Shown: positions 32,539 to 40,809 of the stretch, in pieces
Layout: the number at the start of each line of letters is the position of its first letter
Position numbering within the stretch: position 1 is the first letter of the stretch
NCBI GenBank assembly: GCA_007117055.1
Contig: SKHH01000038.1
Location: 1-47,447, forward strand
Source: Lishizhenia sp.
GTDB taxonomy: Bacteria > Bacteroidota > Bacteroidia > Flavobacteriales_D > Crocinitomicaceae
Length of the DNA: 47,447 nucleotides
Direction of reading: 5' to 3'
Made by a program: the position numbers and the translations under genes
The notes under the pieces: generated by a model
Seen by the model: only the letters and a program-made list of their open reading frames with translations
Told to the model about the DNA's origin: nothing
The model's database searches: none

Positions 32539-33048
32539 CTATTTTGCCCAGGGGTAGGTTGCTCGTTTAATCAGCTTGGCTACAGGTACGTTCGTTCCAT
32601 TGTTAGAACCACATTCGGCACTGAAACCTGCTGTTAGGTCTGGATTAGGCGCATCCGAAGCATTGTGATTGGCTGAACTTACAGTAAAAGCATTGGTAAC
32701 GTCGAAACATAAAAAACCAATATTCGGACTGTATGGCAACTGACTGTTGAATAGAACGTTTGGCGATAAGTTGTAAATATTGTCGACATTAGTGGGCGAG
32801 AAGCCAATATTTGGCGTTTCAGGCACAGGTAGGTCTGCAACTTTTGCAATCGCTTTTGGCAGTTCAATGGCAACATCTAATTGGTTGGTCGGACTGTACT
32901 CAAAAGGTACAAAGACTTCCAAGTCGGGAATGTAGTCATCCACACACAGGACTTTCTGAGAGGTGTCTACAACATCGGGGTTCGCTGTCGCTCCGAAGCT
33001 AACAGTCAAGAGTGCAAACATGCACAAAATTGAAAACAGGTTTTTCAT
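32539..33048 (-). CDS. secreted protein (signal peptide) in a GC-richer island
   Basis: MKNLFSILCMFALLTVSFGATANP looks like a signal peptide. PNIGF/SPTN repeats. Long shadow ORFs on both strands fit the higher GC. Confidence 0.7.
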   Translation of the reverse strand: MKNLFSILCMFALLTVSFGATANPDVVDTSQKVLCVDDYIPDLEVFVPFEYSPTNQLDVAIELPKAIAKVADLPVPETPNIGFSPTNVDNIYNLSPNVLFNSQLPYSPNIGFLCFDVTNAFTVSSANHNASDAPNPDLTAGFSAECGSNNGTNVPVAKLIKRATYPWAK

Positions 33049-33107
33049 AAAAATTAAACTTTAAAGGTTATGACCAATATCGGTCGAGTTAAACTGTTTG
33101 AGGTCTA

Positions 33108-33142
33108 CAATGAGTTGTAGTTTTGTGTCTGGTGGTTTTTAG
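33108..33142 (-). promoter_or_regulatory. intergenic motif copy
   Basis: caatgagttgtagttttgtgtctggtggtttttag, 60 nt upstream of ATG 33048. Confidence 0.6.
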
Positions 33143-33318
33143 CGGTAAATTGGTTTGTACTTTTCCTTTCGGCTGTACTTTCTCTTACCCTGAGCTTCAC
33201 CGCGAACGCTTGAATCCATCATCATCTGGTGGTGCGCTGAACGTGAAACTTTAAGGTTAATTTCTCGCTTTTCATCCGAAGAAACAATTTGAAACTTTTT
33301 GTTCTTTTTACGTGACAT
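33139..33318 (-). CDS. 59-aa basic protein, tentative ArfA-like resemblance (not in ORF track)
   Basis: Hand translation MSRKKNKKFQIVSSDEKREINLKVSRSAHHQMMMDSSVRGEAQGKRKYSRKEKYKPIYR*. Motif 33341..33375 upstream. Stop inside motif 33108..33142. Confidence 0.5.
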   Translation of the reverse strand: MSRKKNKKFQIVSSDEKREINLKVSRSAHHQMMMDSSVRGEAQGKRKYSRKEKYKPIYR

Positions 33319-33340
33319 ATCGTTTTCTGTTATTCTCCTA

Positions 33341-33375
33341 CAATGAGTTTACGTATCTCGTTTGGTGGGTTTTAA
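33341..33375 (-). promoter_or_regulatory. intergenic motif copy
   Basis: caatgagtttacgtatctcgtttggtgggttttaa. Confidence 0.65.
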
Positions 33376-33481
33376 CGAAAAGAAATTATTTATACTATTA
33401 TACGTATGAAAAACAAGAAAGTTTCATAAACCTGACAATATTAAATCCCTACGATAAATTATACGACATAGAGTTAACATA

Positions 33482-33516
33482 CAATGAGTTTATAAATCTC
33501 GTTTGGTGGATTTTAA
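33482..33516 (-). promoter_or_regulatory. intergenic motif copy (tandem, no sizeable ORF before the next copy)
   Basis: caatgagtttataaatctcgtttggtggattttaa. Only an 18-codon ORF lies in the 105 nt before 33375. Confidence 0.55.
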
Positions 33517-33610
33517 TGAAAAAAAATAGTTTATTCTTAAAACCCCTAAACTCAAATATTGGACTCATTCCCTACGGGAAGCTATATCTTGTAGGGAGAG
33601 AAAGGTTAAC

Positions 33611-33643
33611 AAAAAAAAGAACGGGTTTTTAGCCCGTTCTTTT
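33611..33643 (-). terminator. rho-independent terminator
   Basis: gaacggg-tttttag-cccgttc, T8 on the minus strand. Identical to 44343..44372. Confidence 0.8.
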
Positions 33644-33665
33644 AACTTTCTGGCAAAGGGAGAGG

Positions 33666-34373
33666 TTAGTCTTCTAAGTGAATTTCCATTCCATCTATGC
33701 GTACCCATTTAATGTTAGATAGTTTGACGGTGCGAAAGTAGAACTCCAGTTCTTTAAAGTCGTCTGTATTTGCCAATCGGTTTGCGGTCGCTTTGTGCTG
33801 TTCGGCTAATTCTAAGTTACCCTCAGCTTCTGCTTTTATTGCGGCTTGCATAGCTTTATTGAACATACTGTTTTTGACCGTATTTTTTTTGGTCTGCAAT
33901 CCTGAAGGTCGAAAAAACTCCTCACTCCTTGCATCTTCACGACTAATAGGTTCACCTTTGTGAAAGTATTGAACCTGTGGTGTATTGTGCTTTTCTGCTA
34001 TAAAAACGAGGTAAGCATTTTCAGCTGTCCACTGAGCTGGTTCGTCCTCTACTTTTTTAGAGAAACAAATTGCACGATTTTTATCATAATCAGGGTAAAA
34101 ACGCCCTAATGGTGCTTCTAATTCCCAATCAAAAGTAATTCCATTGCGTTCTAAGTTGCGGTCTACTTTCCCTTTGTACTTAGTTCCAATGGTCGCCAAA
34201 GTGCGAACACTTTTTTGTAGCTTGTGACGCTTTCCATCAAATTCAGGATAGTTTTTGTCAGTTCGTGAATCACCCTCATTCACAAAGTAGCTTATGAAAG
34301 AAAAAGTGTTAGCATTTTTGCTAAACTGCATAAACTCCATAAACTTGGCGCGGGTCATTTTTGTTGTCTTCAT
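33666..34373 (-). CDS. hypothetical protein, paralogue of 44400..45092
   Basis: YFVNEGDSRTDKNYPEFDGKRHKLQKSV and FYFRTVKLSNIKWVRIDGMEIHLED align with the other copy. Confidence 0.75.
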   Translation of the reverse strand: MKTTKMTRAKFMEFMQFSKNANTFSFISYFVNEGDSRTDKNYPEFDGKRHKLQKSVRTLATIGTKYKGKVDRNLERNGITFDWELEAPLGRFYPDYDKNRAICFSKKVEDEPAQWTAENAYLVFIAEKHNTPQVQYFHKGEPISREDARSEEFFRPSGLQTKKNTVKNSMFNKAMQAAIKAEAEGNLELAEQHKATANRLANTDDFKELEFYFRTVKLSNIKWVRIDGMEIHLED

Positions 34374-34431
34374 AATGTTTTGTTTGTTCTGAAATTAATG
34401 AGTTACCTTTCGGTGTTTGGTGGATTTTAAG

Positions 34432-34468
34432 AAAAAAAATATTGGAGAAGGTTTTACCCTCCTCCAAT
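34432..34468 (-). terminator. rho-independent terminator
   Basis: attggagaagg/ccctcctccaat hairpin (mismatch is G.U on the minus sense), then T8. Confidence 0.7.
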
Positions 34469-34471
34469 TGT

Positions 34472-34750
34472 TTACAAGGTCTTAATACGTGAAATTAAAA
34501 CACCTTTAACACCTATCTTTTTAAGGCGTTGAACGCAATATTTCATAACGTCCAGACCTGCTTGTTGTGCTTCGTATTTCACCAAATAAGGAAACGAAAT
34601 AGGACGCATAATTTCATAATACACCTGTTGAAATCGCTCGTTATCGTTCCGAGCATCAATAAATTCGCTCAACAAGTCAATAACTATGAGTGACATTTTT
34701 TCCTCGTGTGCATAGCGCATTTGCTTTAATTCTTCTTCGTTGTAAAACAT
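34472..34750 (-). CDS. hypothetical protein
   Basis: ORF track. Motif 34880..34912 lies 130 nt upstream (long leader). Confidence 0.65.
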   Translation of the reverse strand: MFYNEEELKQMRYAHEEKMSLIVIDLLSEFIDARNDNERFQQVYYEIMRPISFPYLVKYEAQQAGLDVMKYCVQRLKKIGVKGVLISRIKTL

Positions 34751-34912
34751 ACGTATAAATTTAAATGGTTATGTATGTATAACGACCGCACATCTAAAAC
34801 TTAGACAAGAAAAAGACAAAAAAAACAACTTTTTTTTCAATGGACGTTAAAATCTAACAAGACACAGTTATCCATAAAGAATGAGTGTTCTTTTTTAGTT
34901 TAGTGGATTTAA

Positions 34913-34950
34913 CAAAAAAACCCCGATACATTTCTGCATCAGGGTTTTTT
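34913..34950 (-). terminator. rho-independent terminator
   Basis: aaccccgat/atcagggtt hairpin flanked by A and T runs. Confidence 0.7.
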
Positions 34951-34967
34951 TGTTATGGAAACTAACT

Positions 34968-35300
34968 TTATTCTACTTCTTTGAAATCCGAAACATCAAT
35001 TCCCAGGTTTTCTAGCTTGGCTACAATAGCTTGAGAAAGCTCAAAAACACCATCGTAATCAACTAATACACCATCGGTGAACCAAAGACCGCCAGAAGCA
35101 TACCATGCGTTTCCTCCTGTCTTGACATCTGAAATTTCGAAAGTTCCGTAATCTTCATTTTCGAGTTCTACTGAAATATCCAGTTCAACATCGTGTTCTT
35201 TGTTAATAACTGCATAAGCTGTTTCAAGTGAAACGTGCATTTTTTCTTTCCAAACTTCTTTGTGAGGAAAGCTAAGTGTTTTGTTCGTTTTTTTCTCCAT
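34968..35300 (-). CDS. hypothetical protein (start corrected)
   Basis: ATG MEKKTNKTLSF at 35300. Motif near 35307. Confidence 0.65.
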   Translation of the reverse strand: MEKKTNKTLSFPHKEVWKEKMHVSLETAYAVINKEHDVELDISVELENEDYGTFEISDVKTGGNAWYASGGLWFTDGVLVDYDGVFELSQAIVAKLENLGIDVSDFKEVE

Positions 35301-35325
35301 GCAATTAATGAGTGCAAGAAATGAG

Positions 35326-35691
35326 TTAAGTGGAAATAAGAATGAAATCTTCTTGTGTTTCCTTGATGCCATTTAAGATAATAGGACAGGTAGAGTTGAT
35401 GTTCTTAAAGAAACGTGGCGCACTACTTCCTTTTTCATCTTGAAAAACCACAAACCAGTAATAGCCACCCTTCCAAAAATGAACGTTAACACTATTGACA
35501 GTATAAACTTCCCCATTGCGCAAAAATTTCTTGCCATACAATTCATGAGAAACTACACGTCCGTTTTCTCCTAAATGCATATTCAGAGCAAAACAATATC
35601 TCTTGCTTCGTAAGCCCTCTTTTGCTCTGGCTCTTACAACATTAGAATAATGTTCTTCATTAAAACGAACTCCGTTGGGCAACTGTTTCAT
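35326..35691 (-). CDS. hypothetical protein
   Basis: ORF track. Motif near 35696 upstream. Confidence 0.65.
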   Translation of the reverse strand: MKQLPNGVRFNEEHYSNVVRARAKEGLRSKRYCFALNMHLGENGRVVSHELYGKKFLRNGEVYTVNSVNVHFWKGGYYWFVVFQDEKGSSAPRFFKNINSTCPIILNGIKETQEDFILIST

Positions 35692-35695
35692 ACCT

Positions 35696-35830
35696 CTAAT
35701 GAGTTTTAGTTTCTCGTTCGGTGGTTTTAACGTTAGAAAATTTACGATGAAGTTTTCGAGCAGCTTTATAGGCTACTAAATCAAAACTTCCATCAGGTCG
35801 ATAAAATCCTTGAGTACTTGGTTCCTTCAT
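35696..35830 (-). CDS. 44-aa basic protein (start corrected)
   Basis: ATG MKEPSTQGFYRPDG at 35830. Motif 35836..35869 upstream. The track N-terminus is read-through. Confidence 0.4.
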   Translation of the reverse strand: MKEPSTQGFYRPDGSFDLVAYKAARKLHRKFSNVKTTERETKTH

Positions 35831-35870
35831 GTTTACAATGAGTTCAAAAAATAAGTTTGGTGAAAATAAC

Positions 35871-35902
35871 AAAAAAACCAAAGCCTGCCAAAAATGACAG
35901 GC
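35871..35902 (-). terminator. rho-independent terminator
   Basis: gcctgcc/gacaggc hairpin (G.U on the minus sense), then T7. Confidence 0.6.
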
Positions 35903-35962
35903 GATGGTGAAACATAAACACACAAAACAATGAAAAATAAACAGACAAACAAGGTTAATGTT

Positions 35963-36196
35963 TTAATTTTTTTGCCTTTGCAATTGACAGATATGCTGAA
36001 ACCTTTTGGTAGATAGTTCATTGTACCTTTGATAGGTAGCATCTTCCTCCATTTCTTTTGTGACAACCAATGAAAAAGCTCCTTGAAATAATTCTCGTTT
36101 CAAAAGAGCCAACTCAAATGCCTCATCTAAAGTAAGACCCGTTTTCAATAAACTCGCTGAATTAGCACGTTGTAATGCTTGGTTAATTTTTTTCAT
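35963..36196 (-). CDS. hypothetical protein (start corrected)
   Basis: ATG MKKINQALQRANSA at 36196, just after the motif near 36203. The track ORF to 36529 overlaps 36246..36668 out of frame. Confidence 0.55.
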   Translation of the reverse strand: MKKINQALQRANSASLLKTGLTLDEAFELALLKRELFQGAFSLVVTKEMEEDATYQRYNELSTKRFQHICQLQRQKN

Positions 36197-36245
36197 GACT
36201 CCAATGAGTTTTAAGTAAGAGTTTGGTGGATTTAAACAATTATGA

Positions 36246-36668
36246 TTAAAAACCACTTGACACAGCAACCACTTTAATATGGTTTTTAATGTCTTCCAAA
36301 GCGATTTGAACACGTCTTCCGTCCTGAACGGTTGAGTAGTGCCCTTGTTCCTCGAAACGCGCCACAAACGCTTGTATTTCGCTTTCAATTTCTTCTTCTC
36401 GAAAATTCTGCTTATCCATTCGGATGTCAAACCCATCGGGCGACAAGATTCGGTGTTTTTGTACGTTGTCCATTTGACAGAAGCGAACTTCACGTACTTC
36501 TGTGCCATCATCGAGTTTGATGCCGTCAATTACGTCGATGTAGAACGGATAAAGGTCTTGCGCATCACCTGTATCCAAGTTGGTAGTTTCGAGTGCTAAT
36601 AGGTCGTTTTCGTCAAGGTGTTTGATTGCTTCACGAAGTTGACCGATAGTTAAAATCTTTTGTACCAT
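36246..36668 (-). CDS. hypothetical protein
   Basis: ORF track 140 aa. Motif near 36701 upstream. Confidence 0.7.
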   Translation of the reverse strand: MVQKILTIGQLREAIKHLDENDLLALETTNLDTGDAQDLYPFYIDVIDGIKLDDGTEVREVRFCQMDNVQKHRILSPDGFDIRMDKQNFREEEIESEIQAFVARFEEQGHYSTVQDGRRVQIALEDIKNHIKVVAVSSGF

Positions 36669-36731
36669 AACTGTTGTTGTGTGCTTTTTTTGTTCGACTA
36701 CAATGAGTTTATGGGGAGAGTTTAGTGGGTT

Positions 36732-36995
36732 TTAACACTCCAATAAAGACAAAATATATACTCCATCATCAAACCCAAGTTCTGAAAAAGGATACGATTG
36801 CAAATCCCCTCCAAGGTCTTCAAAAATGACCTCTTTCTCCAGAGATACGCCAACTATGGTATTATTGGCTTCATCAGTAAAACTGTTCTCCAAATTAAAA
36901 CAACCTCCTTCTTTTTGGCTAAGCTGTTCGTTGATGGATTCCGTCAGTTTTGACTTGAGTGCTTGAAACTCTTGGGATAATTTAGTGCTATTCAT
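36732..36995 (-). CDS. hypothetical acidic protein
   Basis: ORF track. Motif near 37001. Confidence 0.7.
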   Translation of the reverse strand: MNSTKLSQEFQALKSKLTESINEQLSQKEGGCFNLENSFTDEANNTIVGVSLEKEVIFEDLGGDLQSYPFSELGFDDGVYILSLLEC

Positions 36996-37030
36996 GCTTT
37001 CAATGAGTTTAAAGGGAGAGTTTGGTGGGT

Positions 37031-37849
37031 TTAAGAAAACGCTTTTTTAATTGCTTTATTATTCACTTTCGCATACTCATTAATTGCCGTTTTTAAGTTC
37101 ACATCAAAATAACAGCTTTCGAGATTTGCGTAAATTTTTGCTAATTCTTCAGACAAACCGCGTGAACGAAGATAAAAAATCTTATCCTTGTTGCGTGAGG
37201 TAAATAAAGAACGAACTTTTACAACTCCTTTCAATGACTTGTTTTTTATGTAATCTACATACTCATTAATGTCCACAATTTCGTACTCATAAGGTGTTAC
37301 ATAGACTTTTTGCGTTTTAGTTCTCCAATACCATACTTCATACGGTTGAAACCCAATTATCGCCAATATAGAAGCCTTTAAACTCTTAGAACGTATTGAA
37401 CTTATATCTTCTAAGGTGTTACCCTCCAAAGTCTTATTGATTGATTTTAAAAGACGTTCGCTTTGAGAAATGTAGTTGTCTTGCAACTTGATTTTTCGCG
37501 TTGCCTTTCGAGCAAAATGAATTTGGTATCCATTTTCTGTCCTTACTTTAATCCAAGCGCCTTTGCCATTTTCCAATTCTTTTTCGGGTGAAGGAAAATA
37601 GTTTGAAAAGTCAAACATATCCAAATTGCTCAACCAAAAATCTTCTTGCTCCTGAGTGAAATCTAAGCCTTCTATATGCTCATCAAAAAGGTCTTGTGGT
37701 GTAATTATTTCATAGGAAATAGCATCAATCAATTGCTCAACTGTTTCAAGTCGATGACCAGTACGTAAAAAGTACAAAGAAGAAAATGATTTGAAAGCAT
37801 CTGACTTTACAAATCTTTCAATTATTGTGCTGTATTTTTTGAAATCCAT
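37031..37849 (-). CDS. hypothetical protein (start corrected)
   Basis: ATG MDFKKYSTII at 37849. Motif near 37873. Confidence 0.75.
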   Translation of the reverse strand: MDFKKYSTIIERFVKSDAFKSFSSLYFLRTGHRLETVEQLIDAISYEIITPQDLFDEHIEGLDFTQEQEDFWLSNLDMFDFSNYFPSPEKELENGKGAWIKVRTENGYQIHFARKATRKIKLQDNYISQSERLLKSINKTLEGNTLEDISSIRSKSLKASILAIIGFQPYEVWYWRTKTQKVYVTPYEYEIVDINEYVDYIKNKSLKGVVKVRSLFTSRNKDKIFYLRSRGLSEELAKIYANLESCYFDVNLKTAINEYAKVNNKAIKKAFS

Positions 37850-37936
37850 GCCTATTTTGTTTGTTCTGAACACAATGAGTCTTGTGCAGGTGTTTAGTGG
37901 ATTTAAGAAAACACTTTTACACCAATAGATTAAACC

Positions 37937-38107
37937 TTATTTGTTGTAAGGTTGATTCTTCCAAATCCATTCAATTTCATTGCCTGTTAAACTATTGTAA
38001 CGTCGATTTTCTATTTGAATCTTGGCTTGTTTTACAAGTTCAGATTTTTCTTGGATAGACTTTCTTTCCCACCAATTTAATGCTAATTCTCTGTCTGTAA
38101 ATCCCAT
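37937..38107 (-). CDS. hypothetical 56-aa protein (start corrected)
   Basis: ATG MGFTDRELALNWW at 38107. Motif near 38143. Confidence 0.55.
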   Translation of the reverse strand: MGFTDRELALNWWERKSIQEKSELVKQAKIQIENRRYNSLTGNEIEWIWKNQPYNK

Positions 38108-38150
38108 ATAAATTGTTTTTAAAAAGACTTCAATAATACTCACAATGAGT

Positions 38151-38471
38151 TCAAAATTTCTGTTTGGTGGATTTAAAAAATTGAACGGTAATTTCAGTCC
38201 ATTTTTTTACCGCATCATGCTCTTCCGCATCAACATATTCACCGCTATCTCCTGTTATTCGAATCTTCGATTTTTCTTCGTCAGTCAAAGAGTTAACAAA
38301 TGAATTTATAGCATCTTCCACAGAAACATCAGAAGAAAATCTTTTGGGCATTCCCGTAATAGGGCAAAAACCTTTTGCAGAAGCTTCCTTTGCTTGACTA
38401 GCGACAATTTCTTCATCACTAACATAGTCAATATAAAAGTGCTTTTCAAACTTCTGAATAATACTTTCCAT
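38151..38471 (-). CDS. hypothetical protein
   Basis: ORF track. Motif near 38488. Confidence 0.7.
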   Translation of the reverse strand: MESIIQKFEKHFYIDYVSDEEIVASQAKEASAKGFCPITGMPKRFSSDVSVEDAINSFVNSLTDEEKSKIRITGDSGEYVDAEEHDAVKKWTEITVQFFKSTKQKF

Positions 38472-38518
38472 TTCCTTCGGTTTTGACTAATGAGTTCCAA
38501 ATTTCTGTTTAGTGGATT

Positions 38519-38617
38519 TTAGGGCCAACCCATTTTCCAACCTTTTGGAACTTTATTGTCATCGCAATGAATGCGTTCAATAAAACCTGTTCGTGGACAT
38601 TTTCTGTGAATCTTCAT
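38519..38617 (-). CDS. 32-aa protein (start corrected)
   Basis: ATG MKIHRKCPRTGFIERIHCDDNKVPKGWKMGWP at 38617. Motif near 38623. Confidence 0.4.
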   Translation of the reverse strand: MKIHRKCPRTGFIERIHCDDNKVPKGWKMGWP

Positions 38618-38660
38618 AACATCAATGAGTATCCGTGTAAAGTTTGGTGAATTTAAGAAA

Positions 38661-38700
38661 TAAAAACCTAAACCCCGAAGCAGTAATAGCATCGGGGTTT
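38661..38700 (-). terminator. rho-independent terminator
   Basis: 9-bp hairpin aaaccccga/tcggggttt, then GGTTTTTAT on the minus strand. Confidence 0.65.
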
Positions 38701-38733
38701 GGTTAGAACAAAAAAACAAAAAAACAGCAGGGG

Positions 38734-38994
38734 TCAATCAAAAATACTATCTTCTTCTGTGAACGTCTTACCATTTTCCAGTCGCATGGTGAATACGTCA
38801 AAACAATCTTCACCCGTTTCCTCTAAATACGCTTCATAAGCCTGTAAAGGACTGTTGGGGTCAATGTTTTCCAAGGGTTCAACAATCTCAAAACTTCCTT
38901 CCTCCTGTGAGTTAATGGTAGCCTCTGGGTATTGTTCCTTTAGCTCCTCCAAAGTTCTTGAAGTTTGAACCGAAAATGTAAGTGTTCCTTTCAT
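38734..38994 (-). CDS. hypothetical acidic protein
   Basis: ORF track. Motif near 39001. Confidence 0.7.
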   Translation of the reverse strand: MKGTLTFSVQTSRTLEELKEQYPEATINSQEEGSFEIVEPLENIDPNSPLQAYEAYLEETGEDCFDVFTMRLENGKTFTEEDSIFD

Positions 38995-39030
38995 GCCTTC
39001 AATGAGTTCTGGGTGTTGGTTTGGTGGGTT

Positions 39031-39471
39031 TTAACTCAAATAATTAAAAACCATTTCTGCAGTTATATTGACGCATTCAACAGATTCTGACCAATCGTTT
39101 TCAATTCGTGAAAATTTTATCACATGAAATATGTTGTCATCTTCTTTCCCAATGTAAATAGCTTCTTGATTGTCGCTATTCAGTTGTATCAACATTTCTT
39201 CCAAACCGCTTGTAATAGCATGGAATTTTTCAGAAGATTTAAACTCCTTAAACTCTTCTTCCAAAGAATTTGAAACACCTTTTGGCAAGTTTGAAAAGTG
39301 TGTTACCTCTGGGATGGTGGTCGTAAAATTGTCAGATAAGACAAAGTTCCCATTCATAAAAGCTGATTCTGTTACGCCAAACTTATATTTGACCAGATAC
39401 TTGCGATTCTCTTGTGGTGAATTAGATTCAACTGAGTTCCAAATCAATGTTTCTTTAAAATCTCTTTCCAT
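39031..39471 (-). CDS. hypothetical protein
   Basis: ORF track. Motif 39477..39510 upstream. Confidence 0.7.
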   Translation of the reverse strand: MERDFKETLIWNSVESNSPQENRKYLVKYKFGVTESAFMNGNFVLSDNFTTTIPEVTHFSNLPKGVSNSLEEEFKEFKSSEKFHAITSGLEEMLIQLNSDNQEAIYIGKEDDNIFHVIKFSRIENDWSESVECVNITAEMVFNYLS

Positions 39472-39514
39472 ATCTACAATGAGTTCAAAAATCCCATTTG
39501 GTGGGTATAAAGAT

Positions 39515-39541
39515 AAAAAAACCCCTGAAAAAAGGGGTTTT
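39515..39541 (-). terminator. rho-independent terminator
   Basis: aacccct-gaaaaa-aggggtt with flanking A and T runs. Confidence 0.7.
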
Positions 39542-39576
39542 AATCTAATAGTTTTTTTTGTTAATATATCATCAGT

Positions 39577-39753
39577 TCAACAGGGAGAGCGACAAAGGGC
39601 AAGTTTATTTCCCAACAAACTGGGGGGTGAATAATTAGTGATTTTTTTTCTACCAACAATAAGTTTGGCATCCATGTCGCTACGCACCATCATCGCAATT
39701 TCTGAAAGCGAATCATCTAATCGGTGGTGCATTATGTATATGATACCTATCAT
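39577..39753 (-). CDS. candidate 58-aa protein (not in ORF track)
   Basis: Hand translation MIGIIYIMHHRLDDSLSEIAMMVRSDMDAKLIVGRKKITNYSPPSLLGNKLALCRSPC*. Degenerate motif (block 1 tttagggaattta) 19 nt upstream. Confidence 0.4.
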   Translation of the reverse strand: MIGIIYIMHHRLDDSLSEIAMMVRSDMDAKLIVGRKKITNYSPPSLLGNKLALCRSPC

Positions 39754-39811
39754 TGTTTCTGTTAATCATGTACAATGAGTGCTCAATTTGTTTTTAGGGA
39801 ATTTAAGAGGC

Positions 39812-39845
39812 AAAAAAAACAAAGCCCAACCTATCAAGGTCGGGC
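39812..39845 (-). terminator. rho-independent terminator
   Basis: gcccaacc/ggtcgggc hairpin (G.U on the minus sense), then T8. Confidence 0.7.
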
Positions 39846-39903
39846 GATGCTAAAACATGAAAACAAATAAACAGACAAGGAAAAAAGGTTAGTTCGTGCC
39901 TAT
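39846..39903 (-). ncRNA. candidate small RNA (motif-to-terminator unit without ORF)
   Basis: 58 nt between motif 39904..39937 and the terminator hairpin. The only ATG is followed by TTT TAG. Shares TTTCATGTTTT with the 16.1-kb unit. Confidence 0.3.
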
Positions 39904-39937
39904 AATGAGTTCAAGAATCCCATTTGGTGGGTTTTAT
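39904..39937 (-). promoter_or_regulatory. intergenic motif copy (orphan)
   Basis: aatgagttcaagaatcccatttggtgggttttat. Confidence 0.6.
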
Positions 39938-40263
39938 TTTCGACGTTTACGAGGATTGTTCAACTCTTGATATGAAGCCAAAAACTTCTTTGGGTTTTGG
40001 CGCTGTACAACACGCAATGTGTAACCAATGTTTTCAAGTTCTTTTTTGAGGTCGGCATATTCATCTTCTGTTGCTATTACAGAGCTTCTTATACAACCTT
40101 TGTAATCCGCACTTGAGTGTTGCCCTACGTGCTGATAGCAAGTTACATTCCCTGAAAAATCAGCAGCCTCGTGAGGGAAAAGTGCAAAAATTTCACCTTC
40201 AAATTCTTTTGTGGTTTCTTTACGAAATACCACATCAGTTATTTGTTCTTTTTTCTGTTTCAT
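39934..40263 (-). CDS. hypothetical protein
   Basis: ORF track. Motif 40268..40302 upstream. Confidence 0.7.
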   Translation of the reverse strand: MKQKKEQITDVVFRKETTKEFEGEIFALFPHEAADFSGNVTCYQHVGQHSSADYKGCIRSSVIATEDEYADLKKELENIGYTLRVVQRQNPKKFLASYQELNNPRKRRK

Positions 40264-40276
40264 ACTTTTAATGAGT

Positions 40277-40312
40277 TAAAAAAAACGGAGTGGTGGATTT
40301 AAACCACCCCGT
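40277..40312 (-). terminator. rho-independent terminator whose stem is built from motif block 1
   Basis: acggagtggt/accaccccgt at 40285..40312, then T8 on the minus strand. Overlaps motif 40268..40302. Confidence 0.6.
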
Positions 40313-40331
40313 TTTCTTAGAACAAACAAAC

Positions 40332-40748
40332 TTAATTCAATTCAGGTTTTGGGTTAAACTTCATTGGCGCATCTTTACCTATTAAGGCGTTATCAATCAC
40401 TTCAAACATTTCATCAAAATAGATATTCTCGTATTTGTGAGTGAGTTCCGCATATGCAGGTGTTAAAGCCTCTTTTCTTGTGGTCTTCTTTCTGAAAATA
40501 AGAATGTCATACGTATCCATTCCATTTAGAGAAATATATACCCATGCTTTGCGTCCAACGGCTGTATTGTTTACAAGCAAACGCAAGGTTCCAAGTGCAG
40601 GGTGAGAATAAATATCACCATTCGGACTGCAAATTGCTTCTACATCTTTTTGACCGAATCTACTTTCAATGCCCCAGGCCATAATGCCCCACTTGTTCAT
40701 TAAAAGCTGTTGCCAAATTGTTTGAGCAATTTCCATGTAACGTGTCAT
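40332..40748 (-). CDS. hypothetical protein
   Basis: ORF track. Motif near 40773. Confidence 0.7.
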   Translation of the reverse strand: MTRYMEIAQTIWQQLLMNKWGIMAWGIESRFGQKDVEAICSPNGDIYSHPALGTLRLLVNNTAVGRKAWVYISLNGMDTYDILIFRKKTTRKEALTPAYAELTHKYENIYFDEMFEVIDNALIGKDAPMKFNPKPELN

Positions 40749-40809
40749 ACTGTTTTTGTTTTGTTCTGCTTACAATGAGTTACAAGGAAAAGTTTGGTGG
40801 GTTTAAGAT

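Noticed and set aside
35833-36529. Overlapping minus-strand track ORFs 35833..36066 and the 5' two-thirds of 35963..36529. Also 17591..17830, 32679..32876, 38306..38500 and 42718..42927
   Set aside because: They overlap, out of frame, longer ORFs that have proper motif-ATG contexts. The parts upstream of the motif-proximal ATG are read-through of non-coding or alternative frames.
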